Assembly: GCA_951406725.2 (NCBI GenBank)
Contig: OX597831.1
Span: forward strand, 992,001-1,056,000
Direction of reading: 5' to 3'
Origin: Octopus vulgaris
Lineage: Eukaryota
DNA: 64,000 nucleotides
Below the pieces are notes generated by a model. That model searched no databases, was not told the origin of the DNA, and worked only from the letters and a program-made list of their open reading frames with translations. Shown in pieces: positions 12,075-26,342 of the stretch; positions within the stretch are counted from its first letter, which is position 1; each line of letters starts with the position of its first letter. Made by a program: the position numbers and the translations under genes.

Positions 12075-14290
12075 AGCAAATATATTAGTTTGATGCTTAG
12101 GAGACTATTACTTGAAGATTTTGACAAAAAAGAGGAGGGAGTAGCATCACATAATGTTAAGGACAACTGGAGGTTCCTATGACACAACCTGTAGAGTGCA
12201 AGTGACCAGATCTGTGGCTGGTGCAAAATCCCCTCTTGACCTAAGGTAATGTGGTGGTGGAACAATGTAACTGACAGGGCCATTAGGAAAAAAAAAAAAG
12301 CAGGCATAAAAGGACTGGAAGTGCAGAGGTAGTGGGAACGGTCTCAGATTGCCAGAAGGGAAGCTAGGAGACAGGTTTACTAAGCCAAAGTGGAAGCAGA
12401 AAAGAAAAAATTTGCCAATGTTCTGCGTCGTATTTCGTATTGCAAGACAGTGTGTGAGAGAAAACTGTGATGTCATAGGAGAGAAATGTGACCGCATGGA
12501 TGATGGCTCACTTGCATTTAATGATGCTGCAAAGAGACTTGGAGATGCCACTATGAAAGGTTGCTAAATGAAGAGAACAAATGGGAGAGAGAACCTGCCA
12601 AATGTCGACCTAACAGAGGGACCAACTATTCAAATTGACTGTACCTTGTTAGATAAAGCAATTAAAGGTATGAAGACAGGGAATGCCTCTGGCCCAACAG
12701 GAATCACTGCAGAGATTCTTAAAATATCTGGCGGTGTAGGCTATAGTTTAGTCACCTGTGTAGTCAACCAGGTGATACATGAAGGAATCATACCCAATGA
12801 ATGGTGTAGCAGCACCATAGTCAACTGCTACAAAGGTAAAGGTGACACATTAAATAGGAATAACTACAGAAGTATCAAGTTGTTGGACCAGGTGATGAAA
12901 GTCATGGAGAGGGTCATAGCCCAACTAATTAGGGAGAGAGTTAGTTTAGATGGGATGCAGTTTGGGTTTGTGCCAAGGGGAAGCACCACTGTTGCGATAT
13001 TTCTGGTGAGACAGCTGCAGGAGAAATTCCTAGCCAAAGATGAACCTCTGTACTTGGGTTTTGTTGACATGGAAAGAGCCTTTAACAGGATCCTCCAACC
13101 CTTTATCTGGTGGTCAATGCACAAACTAGGGATAGATGAGTAGTTGGTGAGAGCTGTACAAGCCATGTACAGGGATGCTGTCAGTAAGGTGAGGGTTGGC
13201 AATGAGTATAGTAAAGAATTTAGTGTAGAAGTAGGGGTTCATCAAGGATCAGTCCTCAGCTCTCTCTCATTCATCATAGTCCTCCAGGCAATAACAGAGA
13301 AATTCAAGACAGGTTACCCTTGGGAGCTCCTCAATGCTGATGACCTTGCTCTGATAGAGGAGGAATTTCAGGTGTGGAAACAAGGTCTAGAAGTGAAGGG
13401 CCTTAGAGTCAATCTAGCAAAAACCAAAGACTTAGTAAGTAGGAAGGCAAAAAAATCATAAATCCCTTCAGGTAGATGGCCCTGCTTGATCTGTAGAAAA
13501 GGCATAGGTAGAAACTCCATAAGATGTACCTGGTGTAGGCTATAGTCTAGTAACAGAAGAGGGGCAGCAATATCAAAGGTTAACTGGGAAGATAGTTTTC
13601 TTGTGTGGTAGATGCACAGGGGCAATAAACACCAAAGATGTACAGAAAACATTCCATCACATGCTAGGGAAAAAAACCTAGAAGTAGTTGATAGCTTTTG
13701 GTACCTAGGTGACCAAGTCAGTAGCAGGGATGGATGCTCTGAGAGCGTAGCTGCTAGAATAAGAATAGCCTGGGCAAAGTTCAGAGAGGTCCTGCTTCTG
13801 ATGGTAACAAAGGGCCTCTCATACACAACAGAGTGTAAGCACTCTGAGAGAAAAGTTGGACATAAGAAGCATCAGATGCAAGAGAGATGATTGCACTGGT
13901 ATGATGTGTTGTGTATGGATGAGGACAGCTGTGTGAAGAAGTGTCCCATCCCAACAGTGGAGGTAACCTGAGGAAGAGGTAGACCCAGGAAGACCTGGGA
14001 TGAAGTGGTGAAGGATGACCTTCGAACATTGGGTCTGACAGTGGAATTGACTTTTGTAGAGATGTTGTGCTTGAGAAGACCTGGCAAGCCAAGTGAGATT
14101 ATAGCCATGGCCGATGCCAGTGTCACATATCTGGTTCATGTAAAAGTACCCTTCAATTGTTGGGTAATATGCTGTGCTTGAGAAGACCTGTTGAGGCAAG
14201 GGTAAAAAGCACCATTCAAGCATGGTCAATGCTAATGCCACCTGACTGACCTCCAATACTGTCCTGTAGTATTGGCATAAGTGGACTAAC
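12075..14290 (+). mobile_element. Decayed 5'-truncated RTE-clade LINE (reverse transcriptase pseudogene)
   Basis: NYRSIKLL, QFGF...STT.AIF..RQLQEK, FVDMERAF, GVHQGSVLS, NADD (13333-13344), a Cys-rich insert WPCLICRKG..NSIRC and the RTE C-terminal RGRPRKTW. In-frame TAG at 13141-13143 plus frameshifts. Confidence 0.92.
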
Positions 14291-14469
14291 ATCTTATGAG
14301 TGAAATTGGTTGAAGGGTAACTAAAGAACACCATTATACACACACACACACACACAGACACCACACATTTACACACACATATAGTTGTAGTTACACAGAA
14401 AATATCCATATCAACACAACATAAAACTATTGAACTGTAGCTAATTATAACCACCAAAAATCATCTACA

Positions 14470-14873
14470 TATGGAAACCAAAACTGTACACGTAGCTCTA
14501 CTAACTGCAACTGTAACAGTCCTTCATCTGGCCTTCTAAATAGAAATTGCATTACCAGTAACTTATCTACTGCACAGCAATAACCATAAATACTACAACA
14601 CCACCTACAACCACATATACAGGGTCAACGGCTAACTAGTTCAAAATGCACCAACTAGTTTGACACCATCAACTTATGCACACTTTTTGCAATCCAAATA
14701 GGAAAAAAAATTACACTTCATTATCTAAACTTATATGGAAAATGAAGTCCAAAAATATCTCATTTAGCATTAATTGGAAACTATTGTCTCATGCACAACC
14801 ATGCAAATCAAACAACAAACCTTGCCAACTCTGTACTACTGCATACTACCATATTCTCTTCTTCAAGCCCTGA
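14470..14873 (+). mobile_element. Penelope-like element fragment, GIY-YIG endonuclease C-terminus
   Basis: TSLSKLIWKMK...INWKLLSHAQP...CQLC matches the T.LS..IW.LK...I.W.I...A.PY....C.LC pattern of Penelope-like endonucleases. Confidence 0.7.
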
Positions 14874-14930
14874 CTACATACATATGTATACATATATGTG
14901 TATGAAGGTGTATATACCCTTTTTTTTTCT

Positions 14931-15118
14931 ACTCTTTTACTTGTTTCAGTCATTTGACTGCGGCCATGCTGGAGCACCACCTTTAGTCGAGCAAATCGAC
15001 CCCGGGACTTATTCTTTGTAAGCCCAGTACTTATTCTATCGGTCTCTTTTGCCGTACCGCTAAGTGACGGGGACGTAAACACACCAGCAATGCTAGGGGG
15101 ACAAACACAGACACACAA

Positions 15119-15167
<49 letters not shown>

Positions 15168-15333
15168 TACAACAGGCTTCTTTCAGTTTCCGTCTACCAA
15201 ATCCACTCACAAGGCATTGGTCGGCCCGGGGCTATAGCAGAAGACACTTGCCCAAGGTGCCACGCAGTGGGACTGAACCCGCAACCATGTGGTTGGTTAG
15301 CAAGCTACTTACCACACAGCCACTCCTGCACCT
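14931..15333 (-). mobile_element. tRNA-derived CORE-like SINE family B, full length (also 17905-18294 -, 31031-31430 +, 39080-39428 +, 43945-44352 +, 56980-57361 -, and many partial copies)
   Basis: Head GGCGCAGGAGTGGCTGTGTGGTAAG...GGTTCAGTCCC, CORE-like ACCTTGGGCAAGT, internal TA/TG microsatellite, tail CCAGCATGGCCGCAGTCAAATGACTGAAACAAGTAAAAGAG. Confidence 0.9.
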
Positions 15334-16223
15334 ATATGTGTAAGGTGTTTTCCTCATCTGGTGTGTGTGTTCACTGGTGTGTGTTCATTGACTAACAAAA
15401 GCTTCACTGTTAATACAGAAGGTGTCCTTTGCTTGCAGTCGAATGTGAATGTATATCTAGGCTTCTTGATATGTCTTGATGCATGTGCACACATACACAC
15501 ACACTTGGATGTCAACAAACCCTCTTACACATTCCATTTAGTACTCTCTCTCTTTCTCCCACACACTGACATACACACCCATACAAACTTGCACATATTT
15601 TTACTTGAATTCTCTCCACACCCTTTCTCTACTCCTTTCCAACTATCTTGACAAAGAACAACTCTCCAAAACGTCAGGATATATATTTTTTCCTTTGCTT
15701 CATAATACACTGATTTTGTAGATGTTTATTTTGCTTATTGGTTTCATTGCCTGTTTTTTTTTTTTTTTGGCTCTGTTATCGATTGTGAATTAACATCAGT
15801 ATTTGTGGTAGCTGAACTTGATGTGTGTGTGTGCACATGTGTGTATGTACACACATACATATGGAGGGAGAAGGTGGGTGGATAGTAATGGCAATAAAGA
15901 TTATAAAGGAGAAGGAAGTTACTTTTTCTCTCATAATTTAAACAAAACCTTTGAAGCGGCTTTATAGAAAATTAAGACATTAGAAAATTAAGACATTAGA
16001 ATTTAATGAAAGACAAGAGAAAAGAAAGAAGTAGAACATGAGAAAGAGAGAGAGGATAGGAGAGTGTTGTGTGTGTGTCTGTGTGTGTACCAAGAGGGAG
16101 GACTCTGGGAAGAGGATACAGTGGAGAACAATGGCATAATGATATCCTAACAAAACAGGCTTCCAAGTGGTTGTTAACTTATTGTCATCAGACAGGTAGA
16201 ATTTCAACCTCTGGCAACAAACA

Positions 16224-16237
16224 GTTCCCATGGTAAC
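16224..16237. promoter_or_regulatory. RFX X-box-like site
   Basis: GTTCCCATGGTAAC, a near-palindromic X-box within a unique, TAAT-rich block (about 16130-16330). Confidence 0.35.
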
Positions 16238-16867
16238 TGGACTAATTAAAAATGGGCATCAAAGCTCACAGAGGTCATGTAATAAGAAAGCAGAAAGCTA
16301 ATTATCAGCTTGTGTTGCATTTGGTAACAGTGTAGTAGGTGGTCAACATCAAAGACATTCTGCTGACCTTAGCTACTGATTTCGGTTCAACCATCACTCA
16401 CAGCTCACCTGTGGTTGAACCATTCCAATACAATGTGTCAGATCTTAATAGACTTGGGGGTCACAGTATGTAGAACTTAACAAACATCAAATAGCTTTAA
16501 GTGGGAGATCACAATGAGGACCAGGGAGATTTTATGTTATTGTTTAGCTTTGTGTCAACCTTGATAAAACAACCCTATAATCAAAGGCATTCCAACCATG
16601 ACCATCCCGTTATTTTACGCATATACACAGAACCACATTATATGATGTGTTCTTTACTTATTTAAGATGATAGACTGCAATTCGATGCTACTATGACTCC
16701 TATTTCTAGCAAATAAAGCAACCATGTAGAGGCCCCTCTGTTGGCTAGGAGTGTCCATGTAGCTGTAATATTTCAACCTGCTTAAAAAAGCAGGCAGATC
16801 TCTCTAACAACTTTCTTACCAACTATCTTTAAAACAGAGACCACATAATGGACTATAGGACAATATA

Positions 16868-17085
16868 TATTTCTTTACTACCCACAAGGGGCTAAACATA
16901 GAGAGGACAAACAAGGACAGACAAAGGGATTAAGTCGATTACATTGACCCCAGTGCGAAACTGGTACTTTATTTATCGACCCCGAAAGGATGAAAGGCAA
17001 AGTCGACCTCGGCGGAATTTGAACTCAGACAAAATACCGCTGAGCATTTCGCCCGGCGCGCTAACGTTTCTGCCAGCTCGCCGCC
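16868..17085 (-). mobile_element. tRNA-derived SINE family C with target-site duplication (also 20348-20573 +, 28085-28258 -, 38241-38470 + and many older copies)
   Basis: Head GGCGGCGAGCTGGCAGAA...GAGTTCAAATTCC (box B), core GCCTTTCATCCTTTCGGGGTCGATAAA. TSD (C)TATAGGACAATATA on both sides; the 38241 copy has TSD AATATATACCCGCAA. Confidence 0.9.
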
Positions 17086-18293
17086 TATAGGACAATATAG
17101 GATCCTCTTAGCTACCTTCATGTCATATGCAGAATAAAGCTGCTGATCTAACTCTCTCCCTCTCTCTTTCTCTGTCACACACACACACATGCACTATAAC
17201 TACAAACATGTACACACTTCCGATAAGCAAGCACACACATATGATATGCTATTCTACATTTAATTAGTTTTTGCATTCCTGATTGAGGTCTTATAAATTT
17301 GGCCAAGATAGGTACAGCAGTTTACTATTTGAAAGGATGTTTCTTCAATTTCGATAGCACAAACTTCACCTCCCAGCATGTTGACCATTATTTTGGCTTT
17401 TATTTCCTGTTTGTTTTTAGTCTGGTTTCCCTTCATTTCTCTATTCAGTTATTCTTAACACAATTTCAAGTTTATACAGATGTATACATAGCAGAAAAAA
17501 AAAAGGGGGGATGTATAAACCCAAACATAGACACATGAATACTAAACGTAGTTCTCAGGGATGTAGTTCAGCATGACAAAGGATGTGACAAGACTGGTAC
17601 TACTAATTTTTGCCAGCTGAGTGGACAAGGATGCAATGTGCTGTTGGGTACTGAACTCACGACCTCACAGTTGTGAGTTGAATGCCATAACCACTAAGCC
17701 ATGCGCCTTCACACACATATATGAGTGTATATATGTGTATATATGTGTATATATATATATATATACATATAGTCAGTACTCCTGCAAAAAAACTGGCTAA
17801 CAGCATATAGAAATGAACAATTTTCATTAAAAGAAATCATTCATAGAAACTGAAATTCCAGGAATAATCTATTAGTTGTGGAATGTAATACAATATATAT
17901 ATCTTTACTCTTTCCTCTTTTACTTGTTTCAGTCATTTAACTGCGGCCATGCTGGAGCACCGCCTTTAGTCGAGCAAATCGACCCCGGGACTTATTCTTT
18001 GTAAGTCCAGTACTTATTCTATCAGTCTCTTTTGCCGAACCACTAAGTGACGGCGACATAAACACACCAGTATCAGTTGTCAAGCAATGCTAGGGGGACA
18101 AACGCAGACACACACATATATATATATATGCGACGGGCTTCTTTCAGTTTCCGTCTACCAAATCCACTCACAAGGCTTTGGTCGGCCCGAGGCTATAGTA
18201 GAAGACACTTGCCCAAGGTGCCACGCAGTGGGACTGAACCCGGAACCATGTGGTTGGTAAGCAAGCTACTTACCATACAGCCACTCCTGCGCC

Positions 18294-18326
<33 letters not shown>

Positions 18327-18727
18327 ATGAAGAGTATAGAGCCTTATTCATTCATCTATTTTACAATTTTATACAGCATATTATAATTATATATTATATA
18401 ATATATGTAGCACTCGGTCAGTTACGACAAACAGGGTTCCAGTTGATCTGATCAACAGGACAGCCTGATTGTGAAATTAAGGAGAAAGTGGCTGAGTGCT
18501 CCGTAGACACATGAACACTAAACGTAGTTCTCAGGGATGCAGTTCACCATGACAAAGGATGTGACAAGACTGGTCCTTTGAAATACTGGTACTAGTAATT
18601 TTTGCCAGCTGGGTTGGACAAGGATGCAATGTGCTGTTGGCTATTGAACTGACGACCTCACAGTTGTGAGTTGAATGCCATAACCACTAAGCCATAAGCC
18701 TTCACACACATACACACATGGCTTAGT

Positions 18728-18951
18728 GGAGGCGCAATGGCCTAGTGGTTAGGGCAGCGGACTTGCGGTCGGAGGATCGCGGTTTCGATTCCCAGACCGG
18801 GCGTTGTGTGTGTTTATTGAGCGAAAAAACACCTAAAAGCTCCACGAGGCTCCGGCAGGGGATGGTGGTGATCCCTGCTGTACTCTTTCACCACTCTAAA
18901 AGGTGGTGCTCCAGCATGGCCGCAGTCAAATGACTGAAACAAGTACAAAAA

Positions 18952-18990
<39 letters not shown>

Positions 18991-19420
18991 GAAAGGTTTC
19001 TTTATGTCCACCAAATCTAATCACAAAGCTTTGGTCAGTCCAAAGCTATAACAGAAGACACTTCCAAGGTGCCAAGACCATGTGGTTGGGAAGCAAACTT
19101 CTTAACAACACAGCCGTGTCTGTACCTACACACACACACACACACAAACACATACACACATACACACACACACAAACACACACACACAAACACACATTGA
19201 GACACACATATGTAGAGGCGCAATGGCCTAGTGGTTAGGGCAGCGGACTCGCGGTCGCAGGATCGCGGTTTCGATTCTCAGACCGGGCGTTGTGTGTGTT
19301 TATTGAGCGAAAACACCTAAAAGCTCTACGAGGCTCCGGCAGGGGATGGTGATCCCTGCTGTACTCTTTCACCACAATGGCGGTGCCCCAGCATGGCCAC
19401 AGCTCAAGAGCTGAAACTGG
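18728..19420 (+). mobile_element. Two chimeric SINEs (A head plus B-type tail) at 18728-18945 and 19214-19420
   Basis: Both leave the SINE-A sequence after TACTCTTTCACCAC and continue into GGTG(C/G)..CCAGCATGGCC.CAG. Confidence 0.8.
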
Positions 19421-19476
19421 AAAAACAAAAACAAAAAAAACAAAAACAAAAATATGTACATAGTTATGTGTGTGTG

Positions 19477-19541
<65 letters not shown>

Positions 19542-19774
19542 ATATGTATGTATGTATGTATGTATAAATATATACACATGCATACACATCCACCAAGGTA
19601 CAAACAAGGAAAGACATCAAATACACATACAGCAAATCACATGCATATGCATTTTAATAAGTGCTGTATATATTGCTGTAAGTGAATGCATGTGAATGTG
19701 TGTGTGTGTGTGTGTATGTGCACGTGTGTGTGTATATATATACACACACACACATATATATTACATATATATAC

Positions 19775-19831
<57 letters not shown>

Positions 19832-20146
19832 AGTTTGTGTCACTGAATGTTGGAGCATCTTGTGCAGTCTGCTGATGCAGTGGATGCAAGAGACTGCCGG
19901 TGGAGCACACTGAAACTATGGTAGCACATTGGATCATGAAACAGTTATTGATTTGTGCATGTGTCAGGCTTAACCTAGTTTTGACAGTTCTAATGTAAAC
20001 ACTGTGGGCAGCTAGTGATGATAGAGGCAGTGGCGGTGGCGGTGATGGTGGAGTCGGCTTGGAGATGGAATTGGTTTTGGGGGTGATGTACAGACAAAAA
20101 TAAGAGAGATGGATGGATGGAAGAATGGACAGATAGACAGGAAGAG

Positions 20147-20197
<51 letters not shown>

Positions 20198-20301
20198 GTA
20201 GGCAGACAGGTATTTAAATGGAAAAAGAAATTGAGATGGCTATTTATGTCTCTGTGCATCTCTCTCTTTCTATATATATATATACATGTGTGTGTGTGTG
20301 T

Positions 20302-20337
<36 letters not shown>

Positions 20338-22628
20338 CAAGAAGTTTGAAGGTAGCGACCTGGCAGAAACGTTAGCACAGCGAGTGAAATGCTTAGCGTA
20401 TTTCGTCTGCAGTTACGTTCTGAGTTCAAATTCCCCTGAGGTCAACTTTGCCTTTCGGGGTCGATTAAATAAATGCTAGTTACGCATTGGGGTTGATATA
20501 ATCAACTTAATCTGTTTGTCTGTCCTTGTTTGTCCCCTCTGCGTGTAGCCCCCTTGTGAGCAGTAAAGAAATAAGAAGTTTGATTCCCAACCACATGGTT
20601 TCAGGTTCAGTCCCATAACATGATACCTTGGGCAAGTATTTTTTTACTGTGGTTCTAGGCCAACTAAAGCCCTGTGAGTGGATTTGGTAGATAGAAACTG
20701 AAAGAAGTCTGTCATATATACACATATATTTTTATATGTGTGTGTGTGCATGTGCATGTTTGTTCTCCACTGCTGTTTGATAACTGGGGTTGATTTGTTT
20801 GACTAAAACCTTTCAAGGTGGTGCCCCAGCATGGCCACAGTCCAATGACTGAAACAAATAAAGGATAAAAGATATATATATACACACACACACATTTCAC
20901 CTTTTACTTGTTTTAGTCATTGGACTGTGGCTCAGCTGTAGCACTTCCATGAAGGGTTTTATGAAATAAATCATCTCCAATACATCATTTTGAAATCTGG
21001 AACTTATTCTATCAAACCCTTTTGCCAAACTGCTAAGCTACGGGGGACATAACAAGCCAACACTATATGCATGGCTGAGGCAGGGAAACAAGGGATAGAA
21101 GAATGAGTGATAAAGAGATGAGTGACAGGGAAATGGACATATGAAAAATGAGTGAGTATAAGCAGAGGATATATAGCTGAGTGATAAGGAAATTTGCTTT
21201 GCAACTTCATGGTTTTAACCGTTTAACATTCACATTATTCTGCTGAAAGTAATACTTTCAATTCATGTTGTTTTGAATTAATCATGCATATTTTGTAGCT
21301 TTGAGATTTTGATGAGGTAACTATTAATTTTTATGATGATTTTGTAGGGTTGATGTGAGAGGCAACATCTGACCAGTTTGATCATAAAACAGGCAGAATA
21401 TTTTGGCTGGATTTGGCCAGTTTAAATGCTAAAGGATCAAGTCAAGACCCACTACATGTCATTTTAGGCAAATGTCTTCTGTTATAGCTGCAAACTGACT
21501 AATGAGGGAACAATTGGATAATATTGTTCAAGGTATATAATATCTGAAAAAAGAGTTGGGATGGTCATAGTGGGAGTGCTTTTGATCATAGTTTTGCTCT
21601 ATTGATACCAAAATAGGCTAAACAAGAACAACTCATACAGACAGGCAGACACATTCATGTACAGCAGTAGAGGATGAAGGAGAGAGGTGAATGAAGAATA
21701 GATGTGTATGGAAGATGAAAATTGCAACAAATGTAAGGCAATGCGATAGCCAATGTCTTTTAGTGTCATGTATTGTGTTGTAGTGATTTTGCTGTTTAAT
21801 TGAAGAATTAGGTCTTTCATCAAAAGTCATCCAACTTTGCCTGTCCCTTATTTTCGAACATAGTGTCTCTAAGGTTACATTATTGAATGTATCCTTCCTT
21901 TATGGAAACAATTGTGAGTAATTTGAAGAAGATTTGGAGATTATTTCTAGTGGATCATGTAGAGATTCTCTCAGTGGCTTGTTATACTCTACTGAAAAGT
22001 ATTATATGATGCCATAATGTGTTATATTATCATAGTTGTGATATCATATAATGTTGCATTATGTTGTATGTACTGATAACATTAAATACCATTAACAGAA
22101 AAACTAAAACAAGATTCTCCAAAATAAGAGTCAGAGTCAACCATATATGATGATCTGGGTCAGTCCACAGGAGATTACTCTAACATACCAAAGGGAAGTG
22201 TATTCTCGCAGGTCTTACCACCAATCTGAACCTACCAAGTTAGAGTAAGCCCATTCAGCTACACCTATTTTACCACTCTTTGGCCACATTATGCTATAAT
22301 TGTGGTGAGAAGTGCATTGTTGGATAACAATAATGATAAGAATGATCACTTCTTACATAGGCACAAAGCCAGAAATTTTTTGGAGAAAGGGCGAGAACAA
22401 GAACAATAATAACTGTTTCTGATTTAGAGACAAGGCTAGCAGTTTTTAGGAGAAAGAGTTAGTTGACACTATAAACTCCAGTACTTGACTGATACTCTAT
22501 TTTATTGACCCTGGAGGGATGAAAAGCAAAGTTGACCACAGCAACAATTTGAATTGAGAATGTAAAAAGTTGGGATAAATAGCACAAAGCATTTAGCACA
22601 AACAAAAACAACAACAAAAATGATGATG

Positions 22629-22679
<51 letters not shown>

Positions 22680-23533
22680 TATCCGAGACAAAATTTGATA
22701 GTGAATTGGCTAAATAGTGAATAATGATATAATAATAGTGAATTGGCTAAAAACAATATAATGAGATTTTGTATTTGGTTTGCGAGATTTCACACACATA
22801 CAAGCATGCATATATATAGGCATAAGACCAATTTTCAGACAGACTCAGATCAGACCTTGGAGTGAGAGGGGAAGTCACTAACTCACTGAAAAGGTTGTGA
22901 TTCTGCCAAACAATTGCCCTTAACATTTGTTTCTAATGTAGGCACAAGGCCAGCAATTTTGAGGGAAAGGGACCAGTGACTATCACTGACCCCAGTGCTT
23001 GACTAGTACTTTATTTTATTGACTTCAGTGGGATGAAAGGTTAAGTTGACCTCAGGGGGATGTGAGCCCAGAATGTAAAAATGCAGGAACAAAAACTGCA
23101 AGATATTTAATCTGACATATTAATTATTCTGTCTAATAATAATAATAATAATAGTTTCAAATTTTGGCATAAGGACAGAAATTCTAAGGTACGTGCTAAG
23201 TAGATTACATCAACCCCAGTGATGAACTGGTAACTATTTTATTATTGCAAAAGCAGGAAAAGCAAGTTGACCTTCATAGAATTTGATTTCAGAATGTAAA
23301 CAGCTCAAAGAAATACCTCTTAACATTTTGTCCATCTCTAATAATAATAATGATTTCAAATTTTGGCACAAGACCAGCAGGTTTGGAGGAGGGGGTTAAG
23401 TTGAGTACATTCACCTCAGAGTTTAACTGGTACAAAGTTGACCACAATGGAATTTGAACTTAGAATGTAAAGGTGGAAGAAATACCACAAAGCATTTTGC
23501 CTGGGATGCTAATGATACTGCTAGCTCATTACT

Positions 23534-23624
<91 letters not shown>

Positions 23625-23647
23625 TGATGATGATGATGGTGGTGGTG

Positions 23648-24820
23648 GAAGCTCAAGACTGAAAGCAGAGACTGAAAGTTTCATATTGGCTGCACAAGAT
23701 CAAAGCTTGCTTATCAAAGACTACCAGGCTAATGTTCTTCAAAACGGTTCTGACCCTAAATGCAGATTCTGTGATAAATTTGATGAAACAATAGACCATC
23801 TTGTCTCAGGATGTCCTGCACTGACACCAAACGAATACAAAAATCGCCACGATAGGGTAGGACAGTATTTACACTAGAAAATATGTAAACACTACAAAAC
23901 CAGCACCCCTGCTTACTGGTATGAGCATCATCCTGAGCCAGTCTTTGAAGGTAAAAATGTCACTATCCTCTGGGATTTTCCAGTCAACATTGACAGACCA
24001 ATCTAGGCTAATCGACCAGACATAGCCATTAAAGACAGGGAAGAAAATACTTGAAGACTAATAGATGTAAGTGTTCCCACTGATAAAAATATATTTGTAA
24101 AGGAATTTGACAAATTAAGTAAATATAAGGACCTGGAAATTGAAATACAAAAAATGTGGCATCTTAAAGTGAGAACTGTTCCTGTTATTGTGGGTACCCT
24201 AGGTATGATAAGAAAGTGATGTCAGAAACATCTAGATAATATCTCAGGAGAACCATGTCTCAGATAAATCCAAAAGATTGTGCTGACAAGTACTGCCTAC
24301 ATCCTTAGAAAAACCTTATCAATTTAAATATCTGTGTTGTATTACATGAAGCTATTTCACAACTGTCCCTGTTACTTCTCCTCCCCAAGCTTTCAATCAT
24401 ACTGTATGTTTTAATGTGGACCCTTGTCCACTTGTATGTCATTGTTGGCATTGTAATATTCTTGTCACCACTATTAAGTTGTAATGGTATTCCGTGTCTA
24501 TTTAGCTTTGACTTGTCTATCATGCTATCACTGACATCTCTGCAAGACAATGACTTTGAAACATCTACCTTGACAGTAATTCAAACTTGTATACATCACG
24601 TAACTGACACTGACTCCAACTGAAAACTCATATGACTCTTCTGCTACTACTGACCTCCTACAATGACTGACTGTCTGGCTTTATAGTGGCCTACACATAC
24701 CACTTTGTCATGTGGGAAGGGGAGTACCATTTTCACTGTAACATCTCTTATCCTTCCCTTGCCCTAAGATGCTGGGTATGTCTCAGCAAGTGATTGTAAC
24801 AAACATGCAGATTAAAAGTA
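23648..24820 (+). mobile_element. 5'-truncated R4/Dong-clade non-LTR retrotransposon in an (AAT)n tract
   Basis: AAQDQ, CCHC knuckle CRFC...ETIDHLVSGC, RHD, and restriction-like endonuclease NRPDI...IDVSVP...K..KY.DL, with several stops. (AAT)n at 23536-23622 and 24821-24850. Confidence 0.85.
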
Positions 24821-26342
24821 AATAATAATAATAATAATAATAATAATAATCCTTTCTACTATAGGCACAAGGCCTGAAATTTTGGGAGAGGGGACTAGTT
24901 GATTACATCAACCCCAGTGTTTCACTGTACTTAATTTATCGATTCCAAAAGGATGTAGGGCAAAGTCAACCTTGGCAGAATTTGAACTCAGAATGTAGTG
25001 ATGGGTGAAATACCACTAAGCATTTTGACCGGCGTGCTAATGATTCTTATTTCTCTATTGCCCACGAGGGACTAAACATAGAGGGGACAAACGGGCAGAC
25101 AAAGGGATTAAGTCGATTATATTGTCCCCAGTGTGTAACTGGTACTTAATTTATCAACACCGAAAGGATGAAAGGCAAAGTCGACCTCGGCGGAATTTGA
25201 ACTCAGAACGAAACGGCAGACGAAATACTGCTAAGCATTTTGCCTGGCGTGCTAACGTTTCTGCCAGCTCACCGCCTTCGACATGCTAATGATTCTGCTA
25301 GCTCACTGCCTTAAAAAATAAATGAATAAATAAAATATTAATAATGGCTTCTTTTATTGCAATAAGGGTGTTGGATGAGGGAACAAAAGGTGAAATTATA
25401 CAAAATGTTGGGCTTACATTGAAGATGATGATGATCATCATCATTATGGTGATTCTGAGGTTGATGATTTATGTATTTGTTAAATAATAATAATTATTAT
25501 TATAATGCAAGCGTAAACACTACAGCAAGATTTTTACAAACACTGTAACAGGTTGTAACATAACACTTTTGACCAATTTTGTCGTCAGTCAACGAGAGGC
25601 CGTTAATTAAAGCTAATGTAAATCAAACGATCTAGTTTGATTGGCACTTATCATTTGACAGAGAGAGAAAGAGGTGGGGAATACAAAAAGAAGAGAGAGA
25701 GAGATGGAGGAGGAGGAGAACAAACAGAAAGAGTAGGAGGTTGTGATAGAATTGTTGTGTGCATGTGTGTATGTGTGTGTTGATTAATCAGTCTGAAATG
25801 TCTTAGAGCTGAGATTAGTCTCCTTTCACAGCAAACACTAAGAGGATTGCAGTGGTGATGGTAGAGGTGGTGGTTGTAGTGGTGAGTTCCAGTTAGACCT
25901 TTGCAGATACAATCGCTTTTTGTTCAATTAAGGAGATTATGTGAAAACGGTGTAATCTTGTCACTGCAGTCTGACGTCTTAAGAAAGGATTGGTTACATC
26001 GGAGAAGAACAAGTGAGTTTGAGTTGATGTATTAAAGGAGACACGTTGAAGTAATGGTCATTAGGTTCTAGTCAGAAGGACTGAACGTTGTAGCTTGTGG
26101 TTACATTGTGTAAAGAATGAGTGGCTAACCAAGACAATAGCATGTTAGACAAACAAACAAGACTTTAGTAGTTCATATCCTGTAACCATCACTGTATTTA
26201 TTGTACGTGAGTCCAAAACATCTGACTCTCAAATGGTAAATGCACCAAGCTTTGTGGTTCTCAGCACTTTTGTAGCTCAGTGCTGCAATTCAGTAAATGG
26301 CATTTTTACAAACATCCCCTATTTCAGTGGCAGTGGCAGCTG

